From positions 41,100-105,099 of the forward strand of contig CAZCUJ010000003.1 of assembly GCA_964501565.1 (NCBI GenBank): a stretch of DNA of 64,000 bases. Direction: 5' to 3'. The DNA is from an uncultured Methanospirillum sp. (lineage in GTDB: Archaea; Halobacteriota; Methanomicrobia; Methanomicrobiales; Methanospirillaceae). Shown here piece after piece: positions 1-9,066 of the stretch. The notes beneath the pieces were generated by a model. That model saw nothing but the letters and a program-made list of their open reading frames with translations, was not told the DNA's origin and did not search any database. Numbering within the stretch: position 1 is the stretch's first letter; the number at the start of each line of letters is the position of its first letter. Position numbers and translations under genes: made by a program.

Positions 1-276
1 GGCGTTCCCAGGACCATGCTCGAGGCGATGGCCTGCGCCCGCCCGGTGGTGATCTCCGAGTTCGAGCACCTCCGCGAGCTGGTCGGCGGCGGCGGTCTGA
101 TGTTCCCGAAGGGGGACGTCTCCGCCCTGGCCGAGGCGATACGGGGTCTCCTCGAGCACCCCGATGCCGCCGACGAACTCGGGCGGCGCGCACGAGAGAC
201 GATCATCCGCCAGAACTCGTGGCGGAACACAGTCGATTCGACCCTTGAACTCTACCGCGACGTCGTGCCGGCCTGA
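1..276 (+). CDS. group-1 (GT-B, GT4-like) glycosyltransferase, C-terminal fragment; 5' end lies outside the window
   Basis: Frame 1 is open from base 1. 'LEAMACARPVVISEFEHLRELV' is the conserved C-terminal nucleotide-sugar-binding region of GT1/GT4 enzymes. The frame is GC3-rich. Confidence 0.75.
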   Translation, partial: GVPRTMLEAMACARPVVISEFEHLRELVGGGGLMFPKGDVSALAEAIRGLLEHPDAADELGRRARETIIRQNSWRNTVDSTLELYRDVVPA

Positions 277-335
277 CCCACGGGTCGGGCCTGGGTTCGT
301 CCTGGTCGGGGTCTTGCCCGGCGCGCCGCGCACCC

Positions 336-1463
336 TTGTCCGAGGGGCGTGATATCGTGGACCTCCTCGTCTGCGCCACAGAGTACTATCCCCACGGCTT
401 CGGGATCGCCAACGTCGCGCACAGCGTGGTCAGTGAGCTCGAGCAGCGGGGCGTCCGCTGCACGGTCTGCTCCCCGACGGGCCCCGACATCGTGAAGGGT
501 AGCCTGGGACTGGTCCGCCGCTTCGCAATCGGGGGGTTGATCGACTACTGGACCCGGGTGGCGAGGATGCCCGGCGTTGACCGGTACGACGCAATCTGGA
601 TGCACAACCCGCTCTTTCCTGGGCCATCGCCGTTCCCCCGCGCGGTGGCGACGGTCCACTCCACGTATCACAACAAGCTGTGCCAGGGCATGGCTCCACG
701 GTCCTACTTCCGCCTCGCCGCCGCCGTCGAGCGTCGCTCCCTCGTCGGGACGGCCCGATACGCGCGCTTCACCGCGGTCTCGGAGACCGTCGAGGCTGAC
801 CTGCGGTCCATCGGTATCGACGGGTCACAGATCGCGCAGATCCCCAACGGCGTCGATACTCGCCGCTTCTCGCCGGGCGAGGGTGGCGACGACCTCCGCC
901 ACGAGCTCGGCATCCCCGATGGGCACGTCGTCCTGCTCTACCTCGGGCGCATGTCCGGGGCGAAGCGGCCCGAGCGGCTGGTCGAGACCTTTGCCCAGCT
1001 CCACCGGCTCCGTCCCCTCACCACGCTCGTCATGGCCGGCGGCGGGGACCGGCTCGAGCCGGCCCACGCTCGCGCGCGCGACCTGGGTGTCGACGGGTCG
1101 GTCCGGTTCCTCGGCCCTGTCGCGCCAGACCGTGCCCCCGCGCTCTACCGTGTCGCCGACTGCTATGTGATGGCGAGCCGGAGCGAGGGAAGTCCCCTCG
1201 CGCTCCTCGAGGCGCTTTCATCCGGTTTGCCGGCAATCGTCTCGCCCATCCCCCCCCTCCGTTTCGTCGAGGACCAGGGCATGGGCCGCATCGCCGACTT
1301 CGAGCGCCCCGATTCAGCCGCGGCGACGATGGACGCGTTCCTCGAAACCGACCTGCGGAACGCTGGCGTACGCGCGCGCGCCTTCGTGACGGCGAACCAC
1401 GACTGGTCGGTGATCACGGACCGGTACGCCACCGAGTTCGAGCGGGCTGCGGGGTTCCCATGA
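336..1463 (+). CDS. group-1 (GT4-like) glycosyltransferase
   Basis: 375-aa ORF. 'LLYLGRMSGAKRPERLVE', 'ASRSEGSPLALLEALSSGLPAIVSPI' and 'YYPHGFGIANV' are typical of GT-B family 4. Start is TTG 336 or GTG 357. Its stop overlaps the next start (ATGA at 1460). Confidence 0.8.
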   Translation: MSEGRDIVDLLVCATEYYPHGFGIANVAHSVVSELEQRGVRCTVCSPTGPDIVKGSLGLVRRFAIGGLIDYWTRVARMPGVDRYDAIWMHNPLFPGPSPFPRAVATVHSTYHNKLCQGMAPRSYFRLAAAVERRSLVGTARYARFTAVSETVEADLRSIGIDGSQIAQIPNGVDTRRFSPGEGGDDLRHELGIPDGHVVLLYLGRMSGAKRPERLVETFAQLHRLRPLTTLVMAGGGDRLEPAHARARDLGVDGSVRFLGPVAPDRAPALYRVADCYVMASRSEGSPLALLEALSSGLPAIVSPIPPLRFVEDQGMGRIADFERPDSAAATMDAFLETDLRNAGVRARAFVTANHDWSVITDRYATEFERAAGFP

Positions 1464-2545
1464 AGGTCGCGCTCCTCACCCACAACGTCGACGGAGGCCT
1501 CGTCCAGTACGTCTCGCAGCTCGCGAACGCGCTCGCGCCGAAGGTCGACCTGGTCGTGATCGCTCCCGAGGGCCTGGACCCGTCCCGGTTTCCGTTCTCG
1601 CCTGACGTCAGGGTACGCCGCCTCCCGGTCGGGAACGTGGTCCGGACCTTCGTCGCCAACACCCTGCGCATCTGGCGACCGTTCCAGTTCATCGCCGCGA
1701 TCGGCGGGGAACGGCCTGACATTCTCCACTTCAACGGCGCCTCGCTCTGGTACGCCCTCCTCCTTCCCTTCCTCGCCCGCCGATACCCTGTCGTGGTCAC
1801 CATCCACGACGTGGCTCCCCATCCCGGGTCGAGAGAGTGGGACCAGGACCTCGCACGGCGCCTCTTTCTCAGGTATGCCGACGCGGTGATCGTCCATGGT
1901 GAGTGGGCCCGGGTCCGGCTCGGTGCTCCCCTGCCCACCTACGTGATACCGCACGGTGACTACTCGTTCTTCGTGTCCGGCGGCCCTGGTGACCCCGTCG
2001 AGGAGGAGGACGCCGTCCTCTTCTTCGGCCGCATCGAGCCGTATAAGGGACTGGAATACCTGCTCAGGGCCATGCCGACCGTCTGGGAAGAGTCGCCCTC
2101 GACCCGGCTTATCGTCGCGGGGAACGGCTCTCTCGAACCGTACGGGGATCTCCTCGGCGATGGCCGGATCGAGACCGTCAACCGGTTCATCGACGACGCC
2201 GAGGTCCCGGTGCTCTTCTCACGCGCGCGGCTCGTGGCCCTTCCCTACGTCGAGGGCACGCAGACGGGCGTCATCCCGATCGCGTACGCGTTCCGCAGAC
2301 CGGTCGTCGTCAGCGACGTCGGGTCCATCCCCGAGGTCGTCGAGGAGGGCCGGACAGGCTTCGTCGTCCCTCCGCGAGATCCTCCCGCCCTCGCGGGGGC
2401 AATCTTGAAGATACTGCAGAATGAACCATTGAGGATCACCATGGGTGCGGCCGCTTACGAGAAGATGACCCGCGAGCTCTCCTGGGGCCCGATCTCGGAC
2501 CGGACCATCGCCGCATACCGCGAGGTCATGGAGCTGGCCCGATGA
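1460..2545 (+). CDS. group-1 (GT4-like) glycosyltransferase
   Basis: 361 aa. 'FFGRIEPYKGLEYLL' and 'PYVEGTQTGVIPIAYAFRRPVVVSDVGSIPEVVEEGRTGFVV' are GT1 C-domain signatures. ATGA overlaps at both ends indicate an operon. Confidence 0.85.
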   Translation: MKVALLTHNVDGGLVQYVSQLANALAPKVDLVVIAPEGLDPSRFPFSPDVRVRRLPVGNVVRTFVANTLRIWRPFQFIAAIGGERPDILHFNGASLWYALLLPFLARRYPVVVTIHDVAPHPGSREWDQDLARRLFLRYADAVIVHGEWARVRLGAPLPTYVIPHGDYSFFVSGGPGDPVEEEDAVLFFGRIEPYKGLEYLLRAMPTVWEESPSTRLIVAGNGSLEPYGDLLGDGRIETVNRFIDDAEVPVLFSRARLVALPYVEGTQTGVIPIAYAFRRPVVVSDVGSIPEVVEEGRTGFVVPPRDPPALAGAILKILQNEPLRITMGAAAYEKMTRELSWGPISDRTIAAYREVMELAR

Positions 2546-4767
2546 GAATCCGCGACCCGTTCCGCCTCAACGACTGGGGCATTGTTCCGTTCCTCGCCGT
2601 TGTCCTCGGCATCCAGCTCCTCCTCTGGCTCACGCTCGTCCTCGAGGAGAACGGGGCTGGAGTGCCTCTCTTCCGGCAGGTCGTCGGTTTCGTATACCTG
2701 ACCTGGATACCCGGCATCATCCTGCTCCGCGTATTGCGCGTGCACAGGCTCGGGGGGATCGAGACGTTCCTCTTCTCGGTCGGTCTCTCGCTCTCGACCG
2801 TGATGTTCCTCGGGTTCGCGATCAACACGATCTACCCCATGCTGGACCTGTTGCGGCCGATCTCGGAGGGTCCCCTCATGATCACGCTCACGATCTTCGT
2901 CTTCGGAAGCGCCGTTGTCGCGTACCTCGTGGACCGCGACTTCAACGATCCCGAGTACCTCGAGGTGAGCGAGACCTTCGGCTGGCACGTCTTCCTCTTC
3001 GCCCTCCTCCCGCTCCTCGCCATCTTCGGATCCTGGCTGGTCAACAACTACCGGGTCAACACCATCCTCTTCGTGCTGCTCGCGGTGATCGCGATCGTGC
3101 CCGCCCTCGTCGCGTTCAGGCGGATCGTCCCCGAGCGATACTTCCCATTCGTCGTCTGGTCGGTCGCCCTCGCCCTGCTCCTCCACACCTCGTTGATCTC
3201 GAACCATATCTGGGGGTGGGACATCAACCAGGAGTTCTACATCGCGAACCTCGTAGTGCAGAACGGCGCCTGGGACTTCTCCATCTACTCGAACATCAAC
3301 GCGATGCTCTCGATCGTGATGCTCGCCCCGATCTACTCGCTGATCTGCAACGCCGATATCGTCTGGGTCTTCAAGATCGTATACCCGCTCCTCTTCTCCC
3401 TCGTGGCGCCGGGCCTGTACATGGTCGCTCGCCGGCAGTCGTATGACCGGATCGCGTTCTACAGCACGTTCTTCTTCATCACGTTCTACGTCTTCTTCAC
3501 CGAGATGCTCCAGGTCGCGAGGCAGGAGATCGCCGAGCTCTTTCTCGTGCTGATAGCGCTCCTGGTCATCAACAAGGACCTCAACAAAGTTAAAAAATAT
3601 CTCCTGCTGATCATCTTCTCCTTCTCTCTCGCGGTCTCGCACTACGGGCTGTCTTACCTGTTCATGATCACCCTCGTCCTAGCCTGGGTCATCCTCGTCG
3701 TCTCCGAGGTGGGGACGCTGAACCGGCTCCGCGATCGCGTCTCGTCCTTCTTCGCGTGGGACAAGCGCGGGTACGGCTCGAGCTTCCGGCCGCGCCACGC
3801 GGGAGAGCGGGCCATCACGCTCGACTATGTCCTGCTCTTCTTCATCTTCGCGCTCGGCTGGTACATGTTCATCTCCTCCTCGTCGGCACTGAACTCGTTC
3901 ACTGGTCTCGCCGTCCAGTTCTCGGACAGCCTCGTCTCGGGCTTCCTCGACCCCGAGACGAGCCAGGGGCTCTCAATCATCGTCACCAGGGCCGAGACCC
4001 TGCTCCACCAGGTCGGCAAGTACGTCCAGCTCGCAGCCCAGTTCTTCATATTCTTCGGCATCCTCTCGCTCCTCCTCAAGCCGCAGAAGATGGACCTGGG
4101 GGGCGAGTACTTCGCGATCGACCGCGAGTACTTCGCGATCTCGCTCGTCAACTTCGCCCTCGCGGCCGCGGGCGTTATCCTGCCGTTCTTCTCGAGCGCC
4201 CTCAACACGTCGCGGCTCTACCAGATGACCCTGATCTTCCTCGCACCGTTCTTCGTGATCGGGGTTCTCGAGGCGTTCCGGTTCCTGCGCCGGTTCCTGC
4301 GGAGCTCCGACCTCGACCTCTCGAGCGAGACGGCGACCCGCACCATCGCCGCGTTCCTCTGCGTATTCGTCCTCTTCAACACGGGATTCATCTACTCGGC
4401 ACTCGGCGACGACGCGACGTCGATCGCGCTCGACGACCGGATCGATTACCCGCGGTTCAACACACAGGAGATCGCGGGCGCCGAGTGGCTCCACGATGTC
4501 GGAAACCGGACGATCTATTCGGACACGCCCCGCGCGGTGGTGCTCGAAGGCTTTGTCGGGAAGATGGCGAGGAAGATCCCCGCGGACTCGCCACAGGTCC
4601 GCAGAAATGCCTACGTCTACCTGGGCACCTTCAACGTGCTGACGGAGAAGCTCTCGCTCACCCAGATCAACGAGGCCAGCAGCACCCGTGTCTATTCGGA
4701 TGTCGGGGCGTTCACGGTGAAACGAGGCACGATCTACGACAACGGCGGGTCCCGCGTCTACGCGTAA
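2542..4767 (+). CDS. large polytopic membrane protein (archaeal DUF2206-like); candidate GT-C / glycan polymerase-type enzyme
   Basis: 741 aa. The first ~600 residues contain many hydrophobic helices and the C-terminus is a soluble domain. It is translationally coupled to three glycosyltransferase genes. The family name is recalled from memory, not searched. Confidence 0.7.
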   Translation: MRIRDPFRLNDWGIVPFLAVVLGIQLLLWLTLVLEENGAGVPLFRQVVGFVYLTWIPGIILLRVLRVHRLGGIETFLFSVGLSLSTVMFLGFAINTIYPMLDLLRPISEGPLMITLTIFVFGSAVVAYLVDRDFNDPEYLEVSETFGWHVFLFALLPLLAIFGSWLVNNYRVNTILFVLLAVIAIVPALVAFRRIVPERYFPFVVWSVALALLLHTSLISNHIWGWDINQEFYIANLVVQNGAWDFSIYSNINAMLSIVMLAPIYSLICNADIVWVFKIVYPLLFSLVAPGLYMVARRQSYDRIAFYSTFFFITFYVFFTEMLQVARQEIAELFLVLIALLVINKDLNKVKKYLLLIIFSFSLAVSHYGLSYLFMITLVLAWVILVVSEVGTLNRLRDRVSSFFAWDKRGYGSSFRPRHAGERAITLDYVLLFFIFALGWYMFISSSSALNSFTGLAVQFSDSLVSGFLDPETSQGLSIIVTRAETLLHQVGKYVQLAAQFFIFFGILSLLLKPQKMDLGGEYFAIDREYFAISLVNFALAAAGVILPFFSSALNTSRLYQMTLIFLAPFFVIGVLEAFRFLRRFLRSSDLDLSSETATRTIAAFLCVFVLFNTGFIYSALGDDATSIALDDRIDYPRFNTQEIAGAEWLHDVGNRTIYSDTPRAVVLEGFVGKMARKIPADSPQVRRNAYVYLGTFNVLTEKLSLTQINEASSTRVYSDVGAFTVKRGTIYDNGGSRVYA

Positions 4768-4785
4768 GGAAGCAGCGCGCCGGGT

Positions 4786-5889
4786 TCAGATCCCGGCGGC
4801 CGGGTCGAGCTGGGCCTCGATCGACGCGCCGGCCGTCCCGATCGCCGCGAGCGCGCCAATGGTTCCGCGCCTCCCGTAGAGGGCTGCTCCGGTGGATGCA
4901 GCCACGCCCTGGGCCTCCTCTGGCGTGACAGTGCCTACCCGGGCACGGGCCGCGAACGCGCGCAGGGCGTCGGGGACCACGAAGCCCGTCCGTATCGCGA
5001 CACCCCACTCGGACGAGAAGGCCTCGTCCGAGACGAAGCGGACCGCGTGCTGCGCGACGGTCGACAGCGTGCCCCGCTCGACGGCGAGCTCGAGGTAACT
5101 GCAGGCGTTTCCAGCCGTTCGCGCGGCTATTCCGGGGTAAAGCATCACCACGCGGTGGCCGATGGGCTGTACCCCCTCGAGCTCCGCGAGGTGCTGGAGG
5201 AGGGCGAGCGCCAGGGCGAAGGTAGCGCCGCCTCCGGAAGTGTCCGTGTCGTCGATCCCCACGAGAAGATGGCTCAGGGCGCGGGTCACCACCTCCGCCC
5301 GCGTGAAGTCCCCCTCGTGCTCGAGCCGGACTTCGAGAACACCGTCCGCGTGGCCGATCATCTCCGAGAGCGAGTACGACGGGCCGCCGATCGACCGGAG
5401 CTCCTGGACCACGAGGTCGTCTTCGAGCCGGACCCCTTCGACGCCGACAGCAGGCAACGGGGGCAGCCCGACCTCGACCTGCTGACGGCCGACGCGAGCG
5501 GTCTCGCGGAGGAGATTGCCGTCCCGTTCGACCCGCTCGATCACGCCGCCGGCAGCCCGGTGATGGTGCATGCAGAAACCGGCGCAAGCCGACGAGAGGC
5601 ACTTGTGAAAGATCGCCACCTGGTCGCCATCAATGGTCGTGAAGACACGGCGGCAGGTCGAGCGAGGCATGGCGCTTATCGCGACGAACCGCGCGCCATG
5701 GCGTCCCCGGCTTCCAACCTGGCCGGCCACGCACCCTTCGGCCTCGAGGCGCTTGACCCAGTCCTGCACGGTCGAGCGCGGCAGCGCGAGCCCCGCCGCT
5801 ACCTCGGCGATGGTGAAGGAGCCGTGCTCGAGCGTGACCTGCCGCATCAGCGAGAGGAGTTGTCGGCGCCGCTCGAGCACGCGCGACAT
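4786..5889 (-). CDS. wHTH protein with Cys/His cluster and C-terminal TiaS-kinase-like (DUF1743-type) domain
   Basis: 367 aa. The N-terminus 'FTIAEVAAGLALPRSTVQDWVKRLEAEG' is a wHTH. 'HKCLSSACAGFCMHHH' is a Cys/His cluster. The C-half motifs 'VGIDDTDTSGG', 'VVMLYPGIAARTAGNA' and 'GRRGTIGALAAIG' resemble the N-terminal kinase domain of tRNA-agmatidine synthetase TiaS. Confidence 0.7.
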   Translation of the reverse strand: MSRVLERRRQLLSLMRQVTLEHGSFTIAEVAAGLALPRSTVQDWVKRLEAEGCVAGQVGSRGRHGARFVAISAMPRSTCRRVFTTIDGDQVAIFHKCLSSACAGFCMHHHRAAGGVIERVERDGNLLRETARVGRQQVEVGLPPLPAVGVEGVRLEDDLVVQELRSIGGPSYSLSEMIGHADGVLEVRLEHEGDFTRAEVVTRALSHLLVGIDDTDTSGGGATFALALALLQHLAELEGVQPIGHRVVMLYPGIAARTAGNACSYLELAVERGTLSTVAQHAVRFVSDEAFSSEWGVAIRTGFVVPDALRAFAARARVGTVTPEEAQGVAASTGAALYGRRGTIGALAAIGTAGASIEAQLDPAAGI

Positions 5890-5893
5890 CAGC

Positions 5894-6883
5894 TCACCAG
5901 CATCCGTCGTACTCGTTCCGGATCGCCAGCAGGTCGCCGATCACGGCTGACGCGGTCTCGACCGAACCGGCCCCCTTGCCCATCAGGGTGATCTCGCCGG
6001 CCATGTCCGTCGAGAGGGTGACCGCGTTAAGCGTCCCTTCGATCACGAGCGGGTGGGCCCGGGGCAGGACACGCGGCGCCACGCGGAGCAGGTTCCTGGC
6101 GGGCGCCACCTCACCGATCAGCCTGATGGTGCACCCCTGGTCGTCCGCGAGCCGGAGTGCATCGACGGTCAGGCCGTCGATCCCGGTGATCGCGACATCG
6201 TCGAGGGTCACTCCGAGCTGCCAGCATGTGTTCGCGAGGATCACGAGCTTGATGGCCGCGTCGATCCCGCGGACGTCGTAGGTCGGGTCGGCCTCGGCGT
6301 ACCCGAGCTCCCGTGCCTCGTCGAGGGCCTGCTCGTAGGTCAGGCCCTCGTCGTCCATCCTGGTGAGGATATAGTTGCAGGTGCCGTTCAGGATGCCTGT
6401 TATGGAGGAGAATGTGTTGCCCGCCAGGCCGCCGCGGAGCGCGTGGATCACGGGTATCGCACCGCCGACCGTCGCCTCGTACCGAAGCGCGGCGCCCGCG
6501 TCCCTGGCGAGCGCTTCGAGACCGGCGAGGTCGGCCGCTACCGGTCCCTTGTTCGAGGTGACCACGTGCTTGCCGAGTCCGAGGGCGCTCCGGATATGGG
6601 TCATTGCCGGCTCACCGTCCACCGCGTTGGTCGGCGTCAGCTCGACGAGCGCGTCGTATGCTCCCGAGTCGATCACGTCGGCCGCAGTGAGGCCGGATGT
6701 CCCGCACCGGCCAAGACCGCACTTCCGGTCCAGGACCACGGCGGGGTCAAGCCCGTCAGGGTCCACGAGGGCCGATGACGAATCGGCAACGGCCGTCAGC
6801 ACGAGGCCGAGCTCCGGTTTCGCGGCGAGCATCCGGAGGAGGCCGGTGCCGACGGCACCGAGTCCCAGGACAGCGATCCTCAT
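5894..6883 (-). CDS. hom: homoserine dehydrogenase
   Basis: 329 aa. It has an N-terminal Rossmann motif 'MRIAVLGLGAVGTG', plus 'VVTSNKGPVA', 'YEATVGGAIPVI' and 'GILNGTCNYILT', the canonical homoserine dehydrogenase motifs. Confidence 0.9.
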   Translation of the reverse strand: MRIAVLGLGAVGTGLLRMLAAKPELGLVLTAVADSSSALVDPDGLDPAVVLDRKCGLGRCGTSGLTAADVIDSGAYDALVELTPTNAVDGEPAMTHIRSALGLGKHVVTSNKGPVAADLAGLEALARDAGAALRYEATVGGAIPVIHALRGGLAGNTFSSITGILNGTCNYILTRMDDEGLTYEQALDEARELGYAEADPTYDVRGIDAAIKLVILANTCWQLGVTLDDVAITGIDGLTVDALRLADDQGCTIRLIGEVAPARNLLRVAPRVLPRAHPLVIEGTLNAVTLSTDMAGEITLMGKGAGSVETASAVIGDLLAIRNEYDGCW

Positions 6884-7395
6884 GCCTCTCCACCTCCCAG
6901 CGGCTCCACGATCAGCAATCCCTTCTCGGCCGCCACCTCCCTGAGGAGGGAGAGGGCATGCTCCATCTTGGAACGGGTCGTGGCCTTGATGGTGATCAGC
7001 GCGGTCGACGGCTCGACGATGGCGGGCATGTGGACGTTCAGCTCGGCCACCTCGGCGAAGCCGGTCGCGTCGATCCGGCCGATGGTGTCGCCGATGTCCG
7101 TGTGGATCAGGTGACCGATCATGATCACTGACTGGCGGTAGAGGAGACGCTCCTCGCCCAGCCGGAGGATATTGACCCCCTGCTCCTGGATCGCGGCGAC
7201 AAGCCCTTCGAGCCGTTCCTGCGGGATCTCGAGGACGATCTGGACCCCGAGCGTGTCGGACGAGGCCTCGGGGTCACGCTGGTGGATCACCGCGATGATG
7301 TTGCCGCCGTGCTCCGAGATCGGCGTCAGGGCCCCGACAAGCTGCCCGGGGCTGTCCTTTATCTCCAGTTTCATCGAGACCTGCAGACGGACCAC
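6880..7395 (-). CDS. ACT-domain (amino-acid-binding) protein, coupled to hom
   Basis: 171 aa. 'LEIKDSPGQLVGALTPISEHGGNIIAVIH' is an ACT-fold signature. Its stop overlaps the hom start (ATGA). Confidence 0.75.
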   Translation of the reverse strand: MVRLQVSMKLEIKDSPGQLVGALTPISEHGGNIIAVIHQRDPEASSDTLGVQIVLEIPQERLEGLVAAIQEQGVNILRLGEERLLYRQSVIMIGHLIHTDIGDTIGRIDATGFAEVAELNVHMPAIVEPSTALITIKATTRSKMEHALSLLREVAAEKGLLIVEPLGGGEA

Positions 7396-7468
7396 CTTCT
7401 CCTGGTACCTTTCACGAGGGTGAGGATAAGCCTTCTTTTTTAACGGCAGACCGGGGGAATTGCTGGTT

Positions 7469-7490
7469 CCGTTTCACACCGCAATCGGTC
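7469..7490. repeat. inverted partial copy of the DR core, lying inside an 8-bp inverted repeat
   Basis: The reverse complement GACCGATTGCGGTGTGAAACGG matches GATC(A/G)CGGTGTGAAAGTG of the direct repeats (15 of 18). It is flanked by GCAGACCG (7446-7453) and CGGTCTGC (7486-7493). Confidence 0.35.
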
Positions 7491-7537
7491 TGCTCTTAAA
7501 GGCAGAGCCATTATTCCGGTGCATGGAGAGCTTTTAA

Positions 7538-8422
7538 ATCGCCGATCTCCGCTCCATCTATCCCAGGTCCAGTGCCCGGAATGTTTACGCCTCCGCCATG
7601 CGCGCGTTCCTCGACTCGGTCTGCGGGTCGCATCGCCAGTACACCGAGCGCCTCTCCCCCACCCCGGAGAATCAGGCTCGAGACGAAGACCTCGCTACCG
7701 GATAGCTCCCCAGTAGCAGGGACCACGCGGCCGATGTGATCTGCGCAATCGGCGGTTGGACCGTGGCGCCCAAGACCGTGCACCTCCGGGTTGCCGCAGC
7801 GCTGGTGTCCCTGCCACACCACGGGATCGACCCCCTCTCTAACCAGGACCGCCGGCGCATCCGATCGAAGCTGCCTCGCGGCGGGGCCGTGACCCGGCGT
7901 GGCGAACCGACACCGGAGAAGCGGTGGACCGTCGCCGACCACCCCAACGAGCGAGCCAAGGTGCTCGTCCTGATCCTCGCTTCGCCGGGGATACGGATCG
8001 GGGAGGCCGTGAAGGTCCGGGTCAGCGACCTCGACCCCGGCGCGTCACCGGCAGTGAGCGAGATCCGGGCCGTGAATGAGAGTATCGACCTTCGCCGATC
8101 CCGGCCCCCCGATACGTTCCAGGCCATCCGGGAACCGCCCAACCACTGGCTCGCTGCGGCCCTCTGGCGCCTCGACAGGCACGGCGCCGGTTTATTTGCC
8201 CGGCACGCGGCGATCTGGATCACGGCCAGTGACACGCGCTGGGTGAGCTCTGGATCCCTCCTCTCCGGAGAGACACTAGAGCCGCACGCCAGCGAGGACG
8301 ATGCAGCCCGGGTCATGGTGGCGCTCGATCTGGACGGCGTGGACATCACGTCGAGGCCGATACGGGCAGATGCGCGCGGAATCCTGGCCGGGGGGGTATC
8401 CAGACCAGTAGGCCTGGCTTGA
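7538..8422 (+). pseudogene. tyrosine recombinase / phage-type integrase, decayed
   Basis: A single frame reads an N-terminal core-binding-like segment 'SARNVYASAMRAFLDSV'. It then hits an in-frame TAG (7703-7705). After that comes the catalytic-domain box I 'LILASPGIRIGEAVKVRVSDLD' and 'ARHAA'. No ATG/GTG opens the frame after the TAA at 7535-7537, and there is no Tyr nucleophile anywhere in the C-terminal region. Confidence 0.55.
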
Positions 8423-8615
8423 GGCCAGGCGGTGACCCGGCCCCGTCCTTCACGACTTCGATCGAACCCCATCCCCGGGTCCACCATCATTCGTAGCCCG
8501 TGACGATTGCCATCTGGGTGCCAGGGCAGTTTGGAACACTTCCGTCATTCTGACTTTCATGAACAATCACCGATGCGGTGCCGCCGTCGGGGCAGTGGCG
8601 GCGGCCCATCGGGTT

Positions 8616-8661
8616 CTCGACGTCAAGGCATATGAGGCGTGAAGATCACGGTGTGAAAGTG
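8616..8661. repeat. direct repeat DR1 (core 46 bp)
   Basis: CTCGACGTCAAGGCATATGAGGCGTGAAGATCACGGTGTGAAAGTG matches 13430-13475 at 41 of 46 positions. Similarity extends upstream (GGCGGCGG at 8597) and downstream (a second GATCACGG). Confidence 0.75.
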
Positions 8662-8728
8662 CTGGTTTCATGGATCACGGGCATACTATTCAGAGAGGCG
8701 ACTGGCGTTGATAGTGGAGCTGGAGGAG

Positions 8729-8863
8729 ATGAGGATGCAGGCAACAAAGATAAGTTCGGCGATGGTGCACGCGGCCAGGGATCTCGAGAGTGGGCCGGAG
8801 AAGGCCCGGGCCCTGGTCGCCCGGTCGATGAAGCAGCCCGGATGGGGGGACTGGCGCCCATGA
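8729..8863 (+). CDS. hypothetical mini-protein (44 aa)
   Basis: The ATG is preceded by GGAGCTGGAGGAG. The ORF 'MRMQATKISSAMVHAARDLESGPEKARALVARSMKQPGWGDWRP' ends in an ATGA overlap with the next ORF. It is too short for the supplied ORF track. Confidence 0.3.
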   Translation: MRMQATKISSAMVHAARDLESGPEKARALVARSMKQPGWGDWRP

Positions 8864-9066
8864 CGTACACCCTCGTATCCCCGGCGGCCCTGGAGAAGGC
8901 GATCGATCGCATGGCGGAGGAGCTCGGGGTCTCCCGCGGTGCGCTCCTCGAGGCGCTCACGCCGGTGGTAATCGGGTGGGCCATTGCCCGGATCTCAGAA
9001 GACCTCGGGGTCACGCCGCGAGAGGCCCGGACCAGGATCGCCCGAGCGATAGATCGGACGGCATGA
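8860..9066 (+). CDS. small ribbon-helix-helix (CopG/Arc-like) DNA-binding protein
   Basis: 68 aa. 'YTLVSPAALEKAIDRMAEELGVSRGALLEAL' fits the beta-strand/helix/helix RHH pattern. There are ATGA overlaps on both sides. Confidence 0.45.
   Translation: MTYTLVSPAALEKAIDRMAEELGVSRGALLEALTPVVIGWAIARISEDLGVTPREARTRIARAIDRTA

Noticed and set aside
7703-7705. The in-frame TAG in the integrase read as pyrrolysine, and the TGA at 28892-28894 read as selenocysteine.
   Set aside because: Both sit in genes with additional defects: a missing start and missing catalytic residues in one, frameshifts in the other. No pyl or SECIS-like context is visible. Simple decay is the more economical explanation.
7519-7716. 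A 65-aa plus-strand ORF containing a 'CPEC' motif upstream of the integrase ORF.
   Set aside because: It is out of frame with, and overlapped by, the frame that carries the recognisable integrase N-terminal segment. Its composition is R/P-rich.
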